From Pachysolen tannophilus NRRL Y-2460 (taxonomy: Eukaryota): a DNA stretch of 47,253 nucleotides. Location of the stretch: the NCBI GenBank assembly GCA_001661245.1, contig KV454014.1:1146892-1194144 (forward strand), given 5' to 3'. Below, in pieces: positions 11,739 through 22,791 of the stretch (its first letter is position 1; each line of letters starts with the position of its first letter). Under the pieces are notes generated by a model. The model made no database searches, had not been told where the DNA came from, and worked only from the letters and a program-made list of their open reading frames with translations. A program made the translations under genes and the position numbers.

Positions 11739-14306
11739 CTAGAAAAGATCAACAAAACTAGAAACTTTTTGTAAGATCCATATATTGAAAGGATGGGTCA
11801 ATTCATGGAAATCGTCACCTGCAGTCATCAAGCCTAATACTGTACCATCAACTGGATCTTTATGGATAGCTTTTTTAAAACCTACAATGAAATTTACAAC
11901 GAGTGCAATAATTAGACCTGAACCAAAGACAATCGGTCCCAAGATACCATCTAGATATTTACCTGACCTTTGCTTGATAAGGCTAATTCTCTTATGCCAG
12001 ATTTAGTACCCCCAACATCCAACGAATATCGTTAACACTAGGTAGAAATATGATAAGTACCATGAAAGAGTTTGGAAATTTGAACTTTTTAAACTATTGG
12101 TTAATGCAATTGTTAAAAAAGCCATATATGTTACAACACGATCCCAACTCAATAAAGTTCTCTCATTGGCCAAATAAACTTTAGGTTCTATCTTCAATGG
12201 GCCTGATTGCCTAAGTAATTGTTTTGGCTTTGTAACACCAGGTGGTAAGATTGGTTCTGTTTCATCTTCTGATTCATCATAAGTGGTTGAATAAGTATTA
12301 TTATGGTCAATGAAAAATGGTATGGATAACTTTGGCTTGTTACCCTTTGATTTTTTATTGATATTTTTCGATTTTTGTTGATCAAAACCAGAAGCAGTAG
12401 TTGTTGCATTAGCATTAGCAGCATCTGCAGAACTCGACAGGTGGGCAGCCAGTTCTTGATCTTCCTCATCACTAGACTCATGATCTTCTAAATCTAAATC
12501 ACCATTATCTTGGGCATTAGGTTCATCATTCTTCTTGTTACTGTTTTCATCATTCTCCACCAATTCTTCAATATTACCCAAATATGTAGTTGAATTATTA
12601 TTACCAACTTTTTGTTTTTTCAAAATTTTTAAATTTGAATTTTCTTTCTTCATTTTTTCTATGCGCATAATAGAATCTCTATATGCTTCTTCAGGTTTTT
12701 TACGAATATCACGTTCCAAATCGGATAACCAAAATGGTAAAATATCCAAATTATCACTTTCTAAAAATAATGATGCAACACCTTGAATAAATTTACTAAA
12801 ATTTGGAACTTCTCTAACCAAATGTGAATTTGTCAATTCATTAATCCATTTAAAAGTTTTAGAATTTTTATTAGATAAAATTGAATTACTAACTTTAATC
12901 TCCATAACTGCATAAGGAAATTTTGAATATTCACCTTTGCGTAATAATGAATATGGTTCTTTTAAACCAGGTTGATCAATATCGGCACGATGCCATTGTT
13001 TTGGATCTCTTATTGGTCTATCCTTATCAAAAGAATCTTCCCTGATAAATAAAATATCACTATCAATGATAATTCTAATTTTATCATCTCCAGGAATTTG
13101 AAATGCAGTTCTTGTATAAATTGTTCTTAAAGTTGGTTGAAGATCATTATCCTTAATAAATCTTTGCAAATGTTTAAAATCACCTTCATATTTATTCAAA
13201 ATTTCTTGTGGTAAATTTCTCTTTGATAATTTTTTTGCATATCTTTCAAATGTAAATTTTTTATTTTTATTAGGTGAAGAAAAATTTAATTCATCATCAT
13301 CTTGAAATCCAGTATCTGTATTATCCAGAAAGATAAAATCATTAATATATTTCTCTTTGAGACTTAATTTAACATCATTTGATTCTCCAGTATCATAATT
13401 GAAATTTTTCTGTTCAAGAATCAATTCTTGATTATCCTGTAATTTACCAGTCCATCTGATTCGAAATGAAGGAGTATTATTCAAATTTTTCAATAATTTT
13501 GAATTATACAACTCAAATTCGTTACTATCGAAATATAACGAAGTAATGGTTGGATCATTAACAACCTCATCATAATCATCTTCAGAGTTGTTATAAATTA
13601 AAACTGGAAGATGTCTCAAGATTGTAGTCTTAATTTCCATCAAATTATCTGGATGAACCCAAAATTTTAATACTTTAAAAGTATTATTAGCAGAACTATC
13701 AATTGTTGGAGTTGAAGATAATTTCCCACTTGTCGATAATTTTGAAACAGAATTATTTAAACTTCTAGATAAAGATTCAGATTCAAAATTTTCTCTCAAA
13801 AATTGATAAAGAATACTTAATCTGTATAAATATGGACTATAATCTTCAGAATGGAAAGGTAAATCTTTCATTCTTACAGATAATAAAGCTTTAACCGAAT
13901 ATTTCTTGTGTAAACGATCATGTTTCTTAACAATTTTCAAAAATCCGGTAAAGTTTAACCTTGCAAAATGATCCAATTCTTGAGCATGAGCCAATAATTT
14001 TTCTAAATGTAATTGAAAATCTCTTAAATCAAATTTATAATTATTATTTGATAAATAATTTTCAGAATCTTTTTCTAATTTAGAAATTTCTTCATCAAGA
14101 ATCTTGTATTGTTCTTCTTGAAAATTAAATACTTTCTCCAATTCACTATCCAATTTTGCAACAAACGCACTCTCATCCTTATCTGACCATGGATTCATGC
14201 TCAAGACAACATTCTCCTTCAACAATTTTTTCAATTGCTCATAGTCAATATAATAATCTTTCCACGGCGGGTAGATTTCATTTTGAAGCTTAACGCCAAA
14301 TAACAT
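11739..14306 (-). CDS. VTC3: VTC polyphosphate polymerase complex subunit Vtc2/Vtc3 (SPX + VTC + three-TM domain), interrupted by an in-frame TAA at 12005-12003
   Basis: SPX N-terminus MLFGVKLQNEIYPPWKDYYIDY, KFWVHPDNLMEIKTTILRHLP, RTAFQIPGDDKIRI, KFPYAVMEIK, KIEPKVYLANERT. The frame continues past the TAA (IWHKRISLIKQRSGKYLDGILGPIVFGSGLIIALVVNFIVGF...) to TAG 11741-11739, giving 855 aa if read through. VTC2 and VTC3 cannot be distinguished. Confidence 0.88.
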
Positions 14307-14580
14307 TTTTTATAAAATTCTTAGAATTCTTTTATATGCATATACAAATACATATATATATATATATATCTGTCGGTACCTCTGATAAATACAACTATTC
14401 AAACCAACTCTTCTAGCTCTTCTAGCTCTTCTACCTGCTCTAACCGCCTTTATAGCTCTTCTACTTCTATTCCAATCTTAAGAAAAGAAGAAATAAAAGA
14501 GATGATGAAAACATTTCCAACCATATTAAATCGCTGCTACTAGTAAATGATTTAATGTAATTGAAGTTTGAAAAGTAGCA

Positions 14581-14586
14581 CACGTG
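14581..14586. promoter_or_regulatory. Putative Pho4 site (CACGTG) 275 bp upstream of VTC2/3
   Basis: cacgtgc seen; VTC genes are established PHO-regulon targets in yeasts. Confidence 0.6.
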
Positions 14587-14836
14587 CGCCCGGAGAAGAA
14601 TATCAAAAAAAAAATTAGAAAAATAGAAAAAACTTTTCCGCCTTGCATACAAAAAGTGGAGAAAGCTGTTCTCCAACAAGGAGAGGCAGGAAAAAAGCAA
14701 AATATTACGAATAAAATCATTTGCTTCCGCGGAGAAGAAAAAAAAAAAAGGTTATAAGTGTAACATCTCCGCAACGGAGAAGATATTTTATATCATATAC
14801 ATACATACATACATACATATTCACTATACAATTTTT

Positions 14837-17800
14837 CTAGTGCTTTTTTATATCATCAAAGATGTTATTTAGAAATGACAATTCTGAGTTATTGGCATGC
14901 AAGATTTTCTTTTGTAATTGTTGATTTTTCTGAAGTTTGAATAATAGGGAAAAATAAGATTTTTTGAACTCTCCGAAATCCTGGAATTTACTCTCTTTAT
15001 TTGTGGAAGTAGAAGTTGAATGTGCCTTATCTTTGGTTTGTGGGGTGTCTTCCTGAGGTTCTTGGGATTCTTGAGGTTGTTGAGGTTGCTGAGTTTCTTG
15101 AGGTTCTTGGTTTTTTTTTACTTCAGCAGTTTCTTCATTACTGGCCTTTCCTGTCTTGTACAGTTCTGATTCATCTTCAGTGACATCTTCAGAGATTAGT
15201 TCCTTATTCTTTGGGAATGTAGTAGTATTAGCAGATTCTGCCTTTACACTACTAACAGTCTCTGGAACAGTTACCAGCATAGTGGGTTTATTTTCTAATT
15301 TAATACTTGATACTTTTGCCAAGTCATTTTCAAAATTTTGGAAAAGTAATAAACTTTCAATAATCCCAACACAGTCCTTTGTAATAATATCATTTTCATG
15401 AATATCATGATTGAAAAAATATTTTGAATTTCCAAGCTTGGATCTTTTATTGTAATAATACTCTTGCTTCAACTTAATATAATCCTTGATGAAATTAGTC
15501 AAGACTTTATTCTTGATCTTATCCCGAACGGATTTTAATTGAGTCTTAGCATAAACAGTTTCCAATTCTTCAAAATAATCCAGATCATCGTTGTCGCTAC
15601 GGTTTGAATCTTCTTCATTGTTCTGATGTAAAATCAGAGGCGTCAGTTGTCTTGAAGTTTCACTTCTAGGTTTCTTGCCCGGTTTTTGCTTTATCCTTCC
15701 ATCCTTGGTCAATTTGATACCAGGCGGTAAGTTACTTCTATCAACAACTCTTCCTCTTTTATCCAATACAATATGTCCTGAATCCGTATTTGCGCTAGTT
15801 GAGGTATTAACATCAACCTCACCACCATCATCAGCTTCAACAATAACATCGGCATTGGTCTCAGTTTTAGTAGCCCTCGAACTCTTAGCACTCTTCGTAG
15901 CATTACCGTTACTATTAGCTTCACCATCAGCAACGGTTAACTCATCATTCAGCTCAGACTTAATACTACTATTGTTCTTGTTATTGGTGCCGTTTTCATT
16001 CAAAGGCATTCTCTTCTTTCTACCTTTCTTTGTAGCTTTCAGTTTTGCACTACTACTAGTGCCATTAACTCCAGTCCCATCATTGTTGTTAACAACGTTA
16101 GATTCCAGATCAGAAAAGTTATCAACAGCTTCTAAAAACAGCTTCCTCTTCAATTTCATTTGCTCTGCAAATGCAAGTTCTGTTTCTGTATCTCTATCAT
16201 ACACCTCATCATTTTCAATATATTCAACTGGAGGAATTTTGTTTTCTCCATCAATATTCTTATCACCAAATGGATTATTTGATAACTCCGTATCTTCTGT
16301 AAGATCAGTCTCAGAAAGCTTGAAAGCTAACCATAAAAATCTTTTAGCTTTATTTTCCGGTTTAACTTTATCATTTAAGAAAATTTCATTTGCTATGGAA
16401 AAAGTAATTTTCTTTTTCTTTAATTTCAGATCTTCCATTTCATCAGTTTTTTCTTTATTACCATCTAAAATGGAACGTCTATCGGGGAAAAATTGTTCAC
16501 TAATTGGATCTTCATAATTTGAAATTAAAAAAATTAAACTTATTAAATTAAATTTCAAACTTAAACCAATTGTATCAGCGTTTTTAGCATCATTTGAATC
16601 AGATAAATGAGACAGTAACAAATTCTGAAATTCTGTATTCGTTTTGATCAAGCTTTCAGTAAACTCTTTATAAGAGCCTGATGGAATTTCAGCATTGAGA
16701 TCATTAATTGATTTCAAAATTGTTTTCAATCTTGGGGTATCTTGTAGTTGTTTAACGGTGTTTGCAGTATAACCACTTCCTCCACCAAGATTTGATGGCA
16801 TTGGTGTACCAAATTCGGAGACTGCTACTTCAGAATCATGCTGAACGGTATCAGTTTCCACGTTACCAGCATTATAGGTCTTGGATAATTTTAAAATATT
16901 ATCATTGACTTGTAAAACAGGTATACAATGATAAGTTCTTAATTGTGATCTCATCTCATAATCAAAATTTATCGTTGTGTTTAATCTACCAAAATTTACT
17001 AATAAACATAATATAATAAATTTAAAAGCATAGTTTAAATCCAACAGTAATCTTTCTTTTAAGATTTTAGAAATTTTAGAAGATTTTAAAATTGATAATA
17101 GGTATAATTCGAAAAAAGTTAATTTTCCTGAATAACCTTTTGATTGTAATCCTGTGGAGTTATTAATATTATTATCATTATCATTATTTTCCGTTATTGG
17201 TACTTCTGGAGGAGAAAAATCTTTGTTAGGATCCAAACCTTTATTTAATTCATCCCAATAGATAATTTCTTCATCGATAGTGCCAAATGGGTTTGTGAAT
17301 ACTTTTTCATTGTTGCACAAGAGATTTTTAAAAAATTCAAATTGAATATCGCTTCTCCATAATGGCTCACTATCTTTCTTTTTTATGTGCCTTGTTCTAG
17401 AATTAACCAGAGGAGAACGCAGATTTTCATCTTTTGAAGGAGATGTTGAAGCGGTAATTGTTCCACCTGTGGTAGAAGAAACAGGTATAGATACAGATCC
17501 AGGCAGCAGTGGAAGCAGCAGCAGCAGCAGTGATGACAACAGTGACGACAGCAGCGACGACAGCACCTGCTCATCTTTTACTCCAACATCTTTTACTCCA
17601 ACATCATCTGACAGGGACGAGACGCTCTTTCGTTTTTTTTTCGAATGTTGTTGATTTTCTTTTGTTGAGTTTGGTTCTTTATGTTTTCTCTTATGAGATA
17701 ATAGCACTCTTTTACTAGGTGTGGATCCAATTTGATCTGCTGAAGGCACTGATCCATTTGTCGTATTAGCCGGTGTACTTGTATTACTATCATCTATAGG

Positions 17801-18355
17801 TGGATATTGATCTTGATTTTGATCTTGATGTACATCTGTATGAATTCCATATAACGGACGTGAAGGTGTATTAATATTTGATTCTGCTGGTAGTACTTGA
17901 GACTGTGACAGTAATTGTGATTCTTCATCTATTGTAGTATTATTGGTATTATTTATAATTGTTGTATTTGCAGTTATATTATTTAAAACTGTATCATCAT
18001 TATTTTGATTATTATTATTATTATTATTATTATCATCATTAGTTAATAAACTTGAAATTGAAAATTTATTACTATTACTATTATTACTATTATTATTCAC
18101 GACCGAGTTAATCGAGTTTGTATTGACATTTGAAATAATTGGCGGATGAACTTGAGATGAGAATTGATTATTGTGCGGCACAGTAGCTTTAATCTGTTGT
18201 TGTTGTTGTTGTTGTTGAAACTGTGATTCTTGCGGTTTAGAAACAGCGCTTAATGGTGTATTAATATTATTATTAATATTAACATTGTTATTATTATTAT
18301 TATTATTATTGGGATGATCGTTATCGTGAACCGGATCATAACGAAGTTGAGACAT
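14837..18355 (-). CDS. IES1: INO80 chromatin-remodelling complex subunit Ies1-like protein
   Basis: TRHIKKKDSEPLWRSDIQFEF, LTFFELY, LLVNFGRLNTTINF, EMRSQLRTYHCIP, KQLQDTPRLKTILK and KAKRFLWL match recalled Ies1 blocks; long N/Q-rich flanks. Confidence 0.78.
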   Translation of the reverse strand: MSQLRYDPVHDNDHPNNNNNNNNNVNINNNINTPLSAVSKPQESQFQQQQQQQQIKATVPHNNQFSSQVHPPIISNVNTNSINSVVNNNSNNSNSNKFSISSLLTNDDNNNNNNNNQNNDDTVLNNITANTTIINNTNNTTIDEESQLLSQSQVLPAESNINTPSRPLYGIHTDVHQDQNQDQYPPIDDSNTSTPANTTNGSVPSADQIGSTPSKRVLLSHKRKHKEPNSTKENQQHSKKKRKSVSSLSDDVGVKDVGVKDEQVLSSLLSSLLSSLLLLLLPLLPGSVSIPVSSTTGGTITASTSPSKDENLRSPLVNSRTRHIKKKDSEPLWRSDIQFEFFKNLLCNNEKVFTNPFGTIDEEIIYWDELNKGLDPNKDFSPPEVPITENNDNDNNINNSTGLQSKGYSGKLTFFELYLLSILKSSKISKILKERLLLDLNYAFKFIILCLLVNFGRLNTTINFDYEMRSQLRTYHCIPVLQVNDNILKLSKTYNAGNVETDTVQHDSEVAVSEFGTPMPSNLGGGSGYTANTVKQLQDTPRLKTILKSINDLNAEIPSGSYKEFTESLIKTNTEFQNLLLSHLSDSNDAKNADTIGLSLKFNLISLIFLISNYEDPISEQFFPDRRSILDGNKEKTDEMEDLKLKKKKITFSIANEIFLNDKVKPENKAKRFLWLAFKLSETDLTEDTELSNNPFGDKNIDGENKIPPVEYIENDEVYDRDTETELAFAEQMKLKRKLFLEAVDNFSDLESNVVNNNDGTGVNGTSSSAKLKATKKGRKKRMPLNENGTNNKNNSSIKSELNDELTVADGEANSNGNATKSAKSSRATKTETNADVIVEADDGGEVDVNTSTSANTDSGHIVLDKRGRVVDRSNLPPGIKLTKDGRIKQKPGKKPRSETSRQLTPLILHQNNEEDSNRSDNDDLDYFEELETVYAKTQLKSVRDKIKNKVLTNFIKDYIKLKQEYYYNKRSKLGNSKYFFNHDIHENDIITKDCVGIIESLLLFQNFENDLAKVSSIKLENKPTMLVTVPETVSSVKAESANTTTFPKNKELISEDVTEDESELYKTGKASNEETAEVKKNQEPQETQQPQQPQESQEPQEDTPQTKDKAHSTSTSTNKESKFQDFGEFKKSYFSLLFKLQKNQQLQKKILHANNSELSFLNNIFDDIKKH

Positions 18356-18492
18356 TGTTCAAAAAAAATTAAATTGATGATAATTTCTTTTTTAACTTTC
18401 CAATCTAATGTATTTAAAGATTTAATATACAAATACAAAATTGACCCTACTCAATTCAATTCTAAGTTCACAATTAAAATATACACCACCTG

Positions 18493-18499
<7 letters not shown>

Positions 18500-18549
<50 letters not shown>
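18500..18549. repeat. 50-nt poly(dT) tract upstream of IES1
   Basis: Uninterrupted T run seen directly. Confidence 0.9.
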
Positions 18550-18552
<3 letters not shown>

Positions 18553-18835
18553 TTTTTTCTTTTTCTCATATTTTTGCACTTTTAATTACTTTTATAGTAA
18601 TAAATAATAAGTTAAAAATTGAAAAAGTGTTGAAAAGAAAGAAAATAAAACAAAAGAATTTATTCTACTGACACGGGTAATAATTAGTTAAATAATAAAA
18701 GATTACTTACAAATTATTATAATGAGTTATTAGAAAGATGATATATTGTTATAATAAATAAATAAATAAATAAATAATAAATAAATAAATAAATAATAAG
18801 TAAATTATGATATGGCGCTTAATTTTGAATCTTGT

Positions 18836-19214
18836 TTATTTGCATAAACCTTTAATTGTATTTTCAATATCACTTATTGATAAACCTTCTAAATTTGTCT
18901 TTACTTCTCTGCCAAATTCATATCTTGTTGTTAAAGTTGGAGGAACTCCATAAGCTTCTCTTATCAAAATAGGTAATGCTGGATTTGCCTTTTTAATCAA
19001 TGGATACTTTGATATTAAAAATTGTCTAACAAAAAAAAATTGTTTTATATATATATATATATATAGTTAGCGTTAAATTATATTGAAATAGACAAAAAGA
19101 AAGAAAGAAAAAAAAAAAGGTTTATTCTTACCTTAATGGCACTGATGCTTCGCCAGTTTGCGATAGGAAAAACCTTAATTCCTTAACCGCCGTAGGAAAA
19201 ATAGATGCAGACAT
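18836..19214 (-). CDS. Mitochondrial complex I accessory subunit B8/NDUFA2 (NI8M); two exons, 19214-19132 and 19025-18836; 90 aa
   Basis: Spliced translation MSASIFPTAVKELRFFLSQTGEASVPLRQFLISKYPLIKKANPALPILIREAYGVPPTLTTRYEFGREVKTNLEGLSISDIENTIKGLCK* has the B8 signatures KELRF, NP.LPILIREA and RYEFG.E. Splice signals are canonical. Confidence 0.9.
19026..19131 (-). other. Spliceosomal intron (106 nt) in the B8/NDUFA2 gene
   Basis: 5' GTAAGA, branch CGCTAAC, T-rich tract, 3' TAG; removal restores the frame (AG|A = Arg). Confidence 0.88.
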
Positions 19215-19924
19215 TGAAAATAAAAAAATAAAATAATAATAATGGTTTCCAATTAAATATATATATATATATATATTTATATATAATTAACCGCTGTTAC
19301 AATTAATTTGTAATGTGGAGAGATTTGTTCTATAATAATAAAAAAAAAGAAAACGATAAAATATAATGGCAGCCAGTACACTACTATTACGTACCACTAA
19401 ACAATTATTTTACGCGCTCACCGCAGATGCGCTGCGCACTTTGGTATTTTTTTTTCTTCCTTTTAATTATAAAGTAAGGAAAAATGCGGTACGCGTAATG
19501 GGAAAAGTAATGCGCTCTAAACACGCACGCTAAAGCGCCCGCTTTTAGTTTCACACATAAGATTGCTTGCTCTTCTCTTTTTATAAAGTTGATATCAGAT
19601 CTTAATAGATGCAATAATAAGTTAAATATAATTAAAAGATCTTCCTTTCATCATTATTCAAAATTTATATGGTAATAAGAAAAATTTCAATCTTTTGAGT
19701 TATTTTAATCTTTTCTTTTCTTTTTTTTTCCCCTTTTGCTTTTTTGCTTTTTGGTGTTGGTTTAGAGAATTGAATTGACGTAATTTATTTCATAAAAGTT
19801 TTAATTACTAGTTTTCTTGTATGGTTTAAAGTAGTAGTGTCAAGTTGAATTATATTTATATATATATATAATTAATTAATTATTTGGTATTCTAGTTGGA
19901 CTTTTTTTTTTACTTTCTTTAAGG

Positions 19925-22510
19925 ATGAAGGTACTCAATGGATGTAGGGTGATGAAGGGAAGACCTTTAATTACAATGAAGAGATTTTCTTCAATTAATT
20001 TGGTGTTGCCCTCACGCAATTATTACATGTCTAAAAAATTAATAAATAAATCAATGATATTACAACAACAATTTATGATAAGACATCAATCAACAATTTC
20101 TTCTACAATTGGTAATATTAATGATAGTCAAACTCTGTCAGATGCTGCATTACAAGCAGATACGGATTTAGGGGATGATGATACTACAGAAAATACAGGT
20201 GTGATTAAAAAGGAAAAAGAAGAAACTTTATTATATTTTGATCATATTTTCCCATATATTTCAACAAAATGGGATTTAACTCAATATTTATTTTCATCAA
20301 TTTTTTTCAGTAAAAATGAAAATTATGTTAAAAATAGAATATTGGATTTATGTAAAACAGATTTAGATCCAATAAATTCTTTAAATATTACATCAATTCA
20401 ATTGATGAAAAGAGATGGTGGAGCTTTTGTAAAATTTCAAGTTCCAATTGGTGAAACAGTTCAAAATTTTAATAAAAAAATATTGAAAAATGTTTCTGAA
20501 AAACAAAGAAATTTTAATTTATTAAATTATTTTATTCAACCAAGATGTTTCCCAGTAAAAGGAATTCCTTGGATTGAAGATTTAAGACGTTTTCCAACAA
20601 ATAAAATTAAAATTTCATTTAGAGGTCCAGATTTAACTCAAGAAGAATTATATTTACTTTTTAGAAGATATGGATTGATTCATGATATAATTCCTCCAAA
20701 ACCAGATTCAAAAGATATTCCAAGATTTGCTTTTATAATTTTCCGTTCAGCAAGAGCTGCAATTGCTGCTAAAAATTGTATTAATGGTTTAAAATTAAAT
20801 GATACAATTTTACATATTCAATATGAAAAAATCTTTAGAGAAAATTTAATAAGAAATTTTTTATTTGAACATACTAGACTTGCAATTCCAGCAATTTTAG
20901 CCTTAACTGCTGCTTTAGCCTTTATAATTTTTGAACCAATTAGAGAATGGTGTGTTAAAGAAAAAATTTCTCAAAGATATTCTTTAAAAAATAGTACTTA
21001 TTATAAAAAACTGTTAGAAATAAGTAATTTTACAACTTCAAAATTTAAAGAAATTCTTTATTATGAAAAATCAACAAGTAATATTAAATCAGCAAGTTCA
21101 CTATGGCTGGAAAGGTATCAAAAGATTAAAGAGTTAAAATTATGGATTGAAGAAAATGTTAATACTTTTATCATAGTTCAAGGTCCTAGAGGTAGTGGTA
21201 AACATGAAATGGTTGTAGATCATACATTAAGAGGTAGAGAAAATGTATTGATTTTAGATTGTGATAGCCTTTTAAATGCAAGAAATGATACTAAATTAAT
21301 CCAAGCAACTTCTCAACAATTGGGTTATTTCCCAGTTTTCCCATGGTTAAATTCCATATCTACTTTTATCGATTTAGGTGTTCAAGGTTTAACTGGTCAA
21401 AAGTCAGGAATTAGTGAATCGAAGGAACAACTGGTTAAAAATATGTTAAATACTTCATTAATGGCAATAAGAGACTTGAGTTTAGAACATTATTCAAGTG
21501 AAGTTGTAGTAGACAATAGCGAAAAAATTGGAAGTGGTTCATCACAGGAAAAGACAACATATGTATTGAAAGAAGAAGATTATTTACAGCAGCATCCTGA
21601 ATGTAAACCTGTTGTTGTTATTGATAGATTTCAACCAACTAGAAAAGCATCTGAGAGAAATGCTTTTGTATATAAAGAAATTGCAGATTGGGCAGCAAAT
21701 TTAATTTCTATGAATGTTGCACATGTTATTTTTATAAGTGATGATATTGGTTCTCCTACTTTCTTGAGTGATTCACTTCCAAATCAAATTTTCAAAGTTT
21801 CTACCCTTTCAGATGCATCTGAGGAGAATGCAAAACAATATGTTTTAAGTCAACTTCACGATCAGATATCATCACCAGCTTTATTAAAGGAATTAGATAC
21901 TTCTATTAAGCCTCTAGGGGGTAGAATGTTAGATCTTCAGGCTTATATTAGACGTATTAAAAGTGGCGAATCTCCACAGGAAGCTCTCAGTGAAATGATC
22001 AACCAGACAGCAGAGCAATTAACTCAAATGTTCATTAACCGGAATTCCTCCGAATTCCAGCTTGCTCATGCTTGGATTATCATGAAAGCATTGGGTAGTA
22101 GAGATAGTATTAGTTTTGGTGAAATTGCTGTTCACCCATTGTTTAAAGGAAAGCCAAATGAAATATTATCTGTTTTGGAAAGGATGGAATTGATATTGTT
22201 GATTAAAGATAGAGGTTTAGTTAAAGAGATAAGAGCAGGAAAACCATTGTTCAAGGCTAGTTTCAATAACTTGATTTCAGATGAAAAGATCTTCAAAGAA
22301 ATTGAAATCAAGTATAACTTCCAGCTTATCGGTTTTGAAAACGACAGAATTAGTGGTTGGGTTGAAGAAATAAATAAATTTGGAGAATACGGTGATTTGA
22401 GTAACTCTAAGATATATAAACCAAGATTGGAATATCTAGCTGAAAAAATAAGGTTGAGTACAGAAGCAATTATTAATGCAGAAAAACAAATTTCTTATTT
22501 AAGTAAATAA
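19925..22510 (+). CDS. YME2: Mitochondrial escape protein 2 (inner membrane; RRM + TM + AAA-like domain)
   Basis: Basic presequence, RDGGAFVKF, VKGIPWIEDLRRFP, LTQEELYLLFRRYG, TM segment LAIPAILALTAALAFIIFEPIREW, QGPRGSGK, QLGYFPVF, LGGRMLDLQ. Confidence 0.92.
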   Translation: MKVLNGCRVMKGRPLITMKRFSSINLVLPSRNYYMSKKLINKSMILQQQFMIRHQSTISSTIGNINDSQTLSDAALQADTDLGDDDTTENTGVIKKEKEETLLYFDHIFPYISTKWDLTQYLFSSIFFSKNENYVKNRILDLCKTDLDPINSLNITSIQLMKRDGGAFVKFQVPIGETVQNFNKKILKNVSEKQRNFNLLNYFIQPRCFPVKGIPWIEDLRRFPTNKIKISFRGPDLTQEELYLLFRRYGLIHDIIPPKPDSKDIPRFAFIIFRSARAAIAAKNCINGLKLNDTILHIQYEKIFRENLIRNFLFEHTRLAIPAILALTAALAFIIFEPIREWCVKEKISQRYSLKNSTYYKKLLEISNFTTSKFKEILYYEKSTSNIKSASSLWLERYQKIKELKLWIEENVNTFIIVQGPRGSGKHEMVVDHTLRGRENVLILDCDSLLNARNDTKLIQATSQQLGYFPVFPWLNSISTFIDLGVQGLTGQKSGISESKEQLVKNMLNTSLMAIRDLSLEHYSSEVVVDNSEKIGSGSSQEKTTYVLKEEDYLQQHPECKPVVVIDRFQPTRKASERNAFVYKEIADWAANLISMNVAHVIFISDDIGSPTFLSDSLPNQIFKVSTLSDASEENAKQYVLSQLHDQISSPALLKELDTSIKPLGGRMLDLQAYIRRIKSGESPQEALSEMINQTAEQLTQMFINRNSSEFQLAHAWIIMKALGSRDSISFGEIAVHPLFKGKPNEILSVLERMELILLIKDRGLVKEIRAGKPLFKASFNNLISDEKIFKEIEIKYNFQLIGFENDRISGWVEEINKFGEYGDLSNSKIYKPRLEYLAEKIRLSTEAIINAEKQISYLSK

Positions 22511-22791
22511 AAATATTATATTTTCATTCCTTTATATTTAGTTTATTTGAAAATTTTTGTTTTAATTATTCATTAATCATTCACTTAACTATTATCGTTA
22601 CTATAAACATAGTTTTTTTTTTTGTTGTTCTTCATTATTATTGTCCTTTTATGTATGATTTTCAAACTATATAGCAGTTATTTTCAAAACAATTTTTTTG
22701 ATTTCTTCTTTAAAATTCATTACTAGAAGTAGAACTGAAAAATTTGGCAAGTAGCGAATAAAGTCACATCAATTTTCATTTTCTTTTATAT

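Noticed and set aside
11739..11942. 67-aa ORF as an independent gene
   Set aside because: TTG start and in frame with VTC2/3; it is the post-stop tail of that gene.
14408..14470. Degenerate TCTTCTAGC repeats upstream of VTC2/3
   Set aside because: Short low-complexity slippage repeat with no supportable function.
15675..16517. 280-aa antisense ORF inside IES1
   Set aside because: TTG start and S/L/V/F-rich composition typical of a reverse-complement shadow; no recognisable motif.
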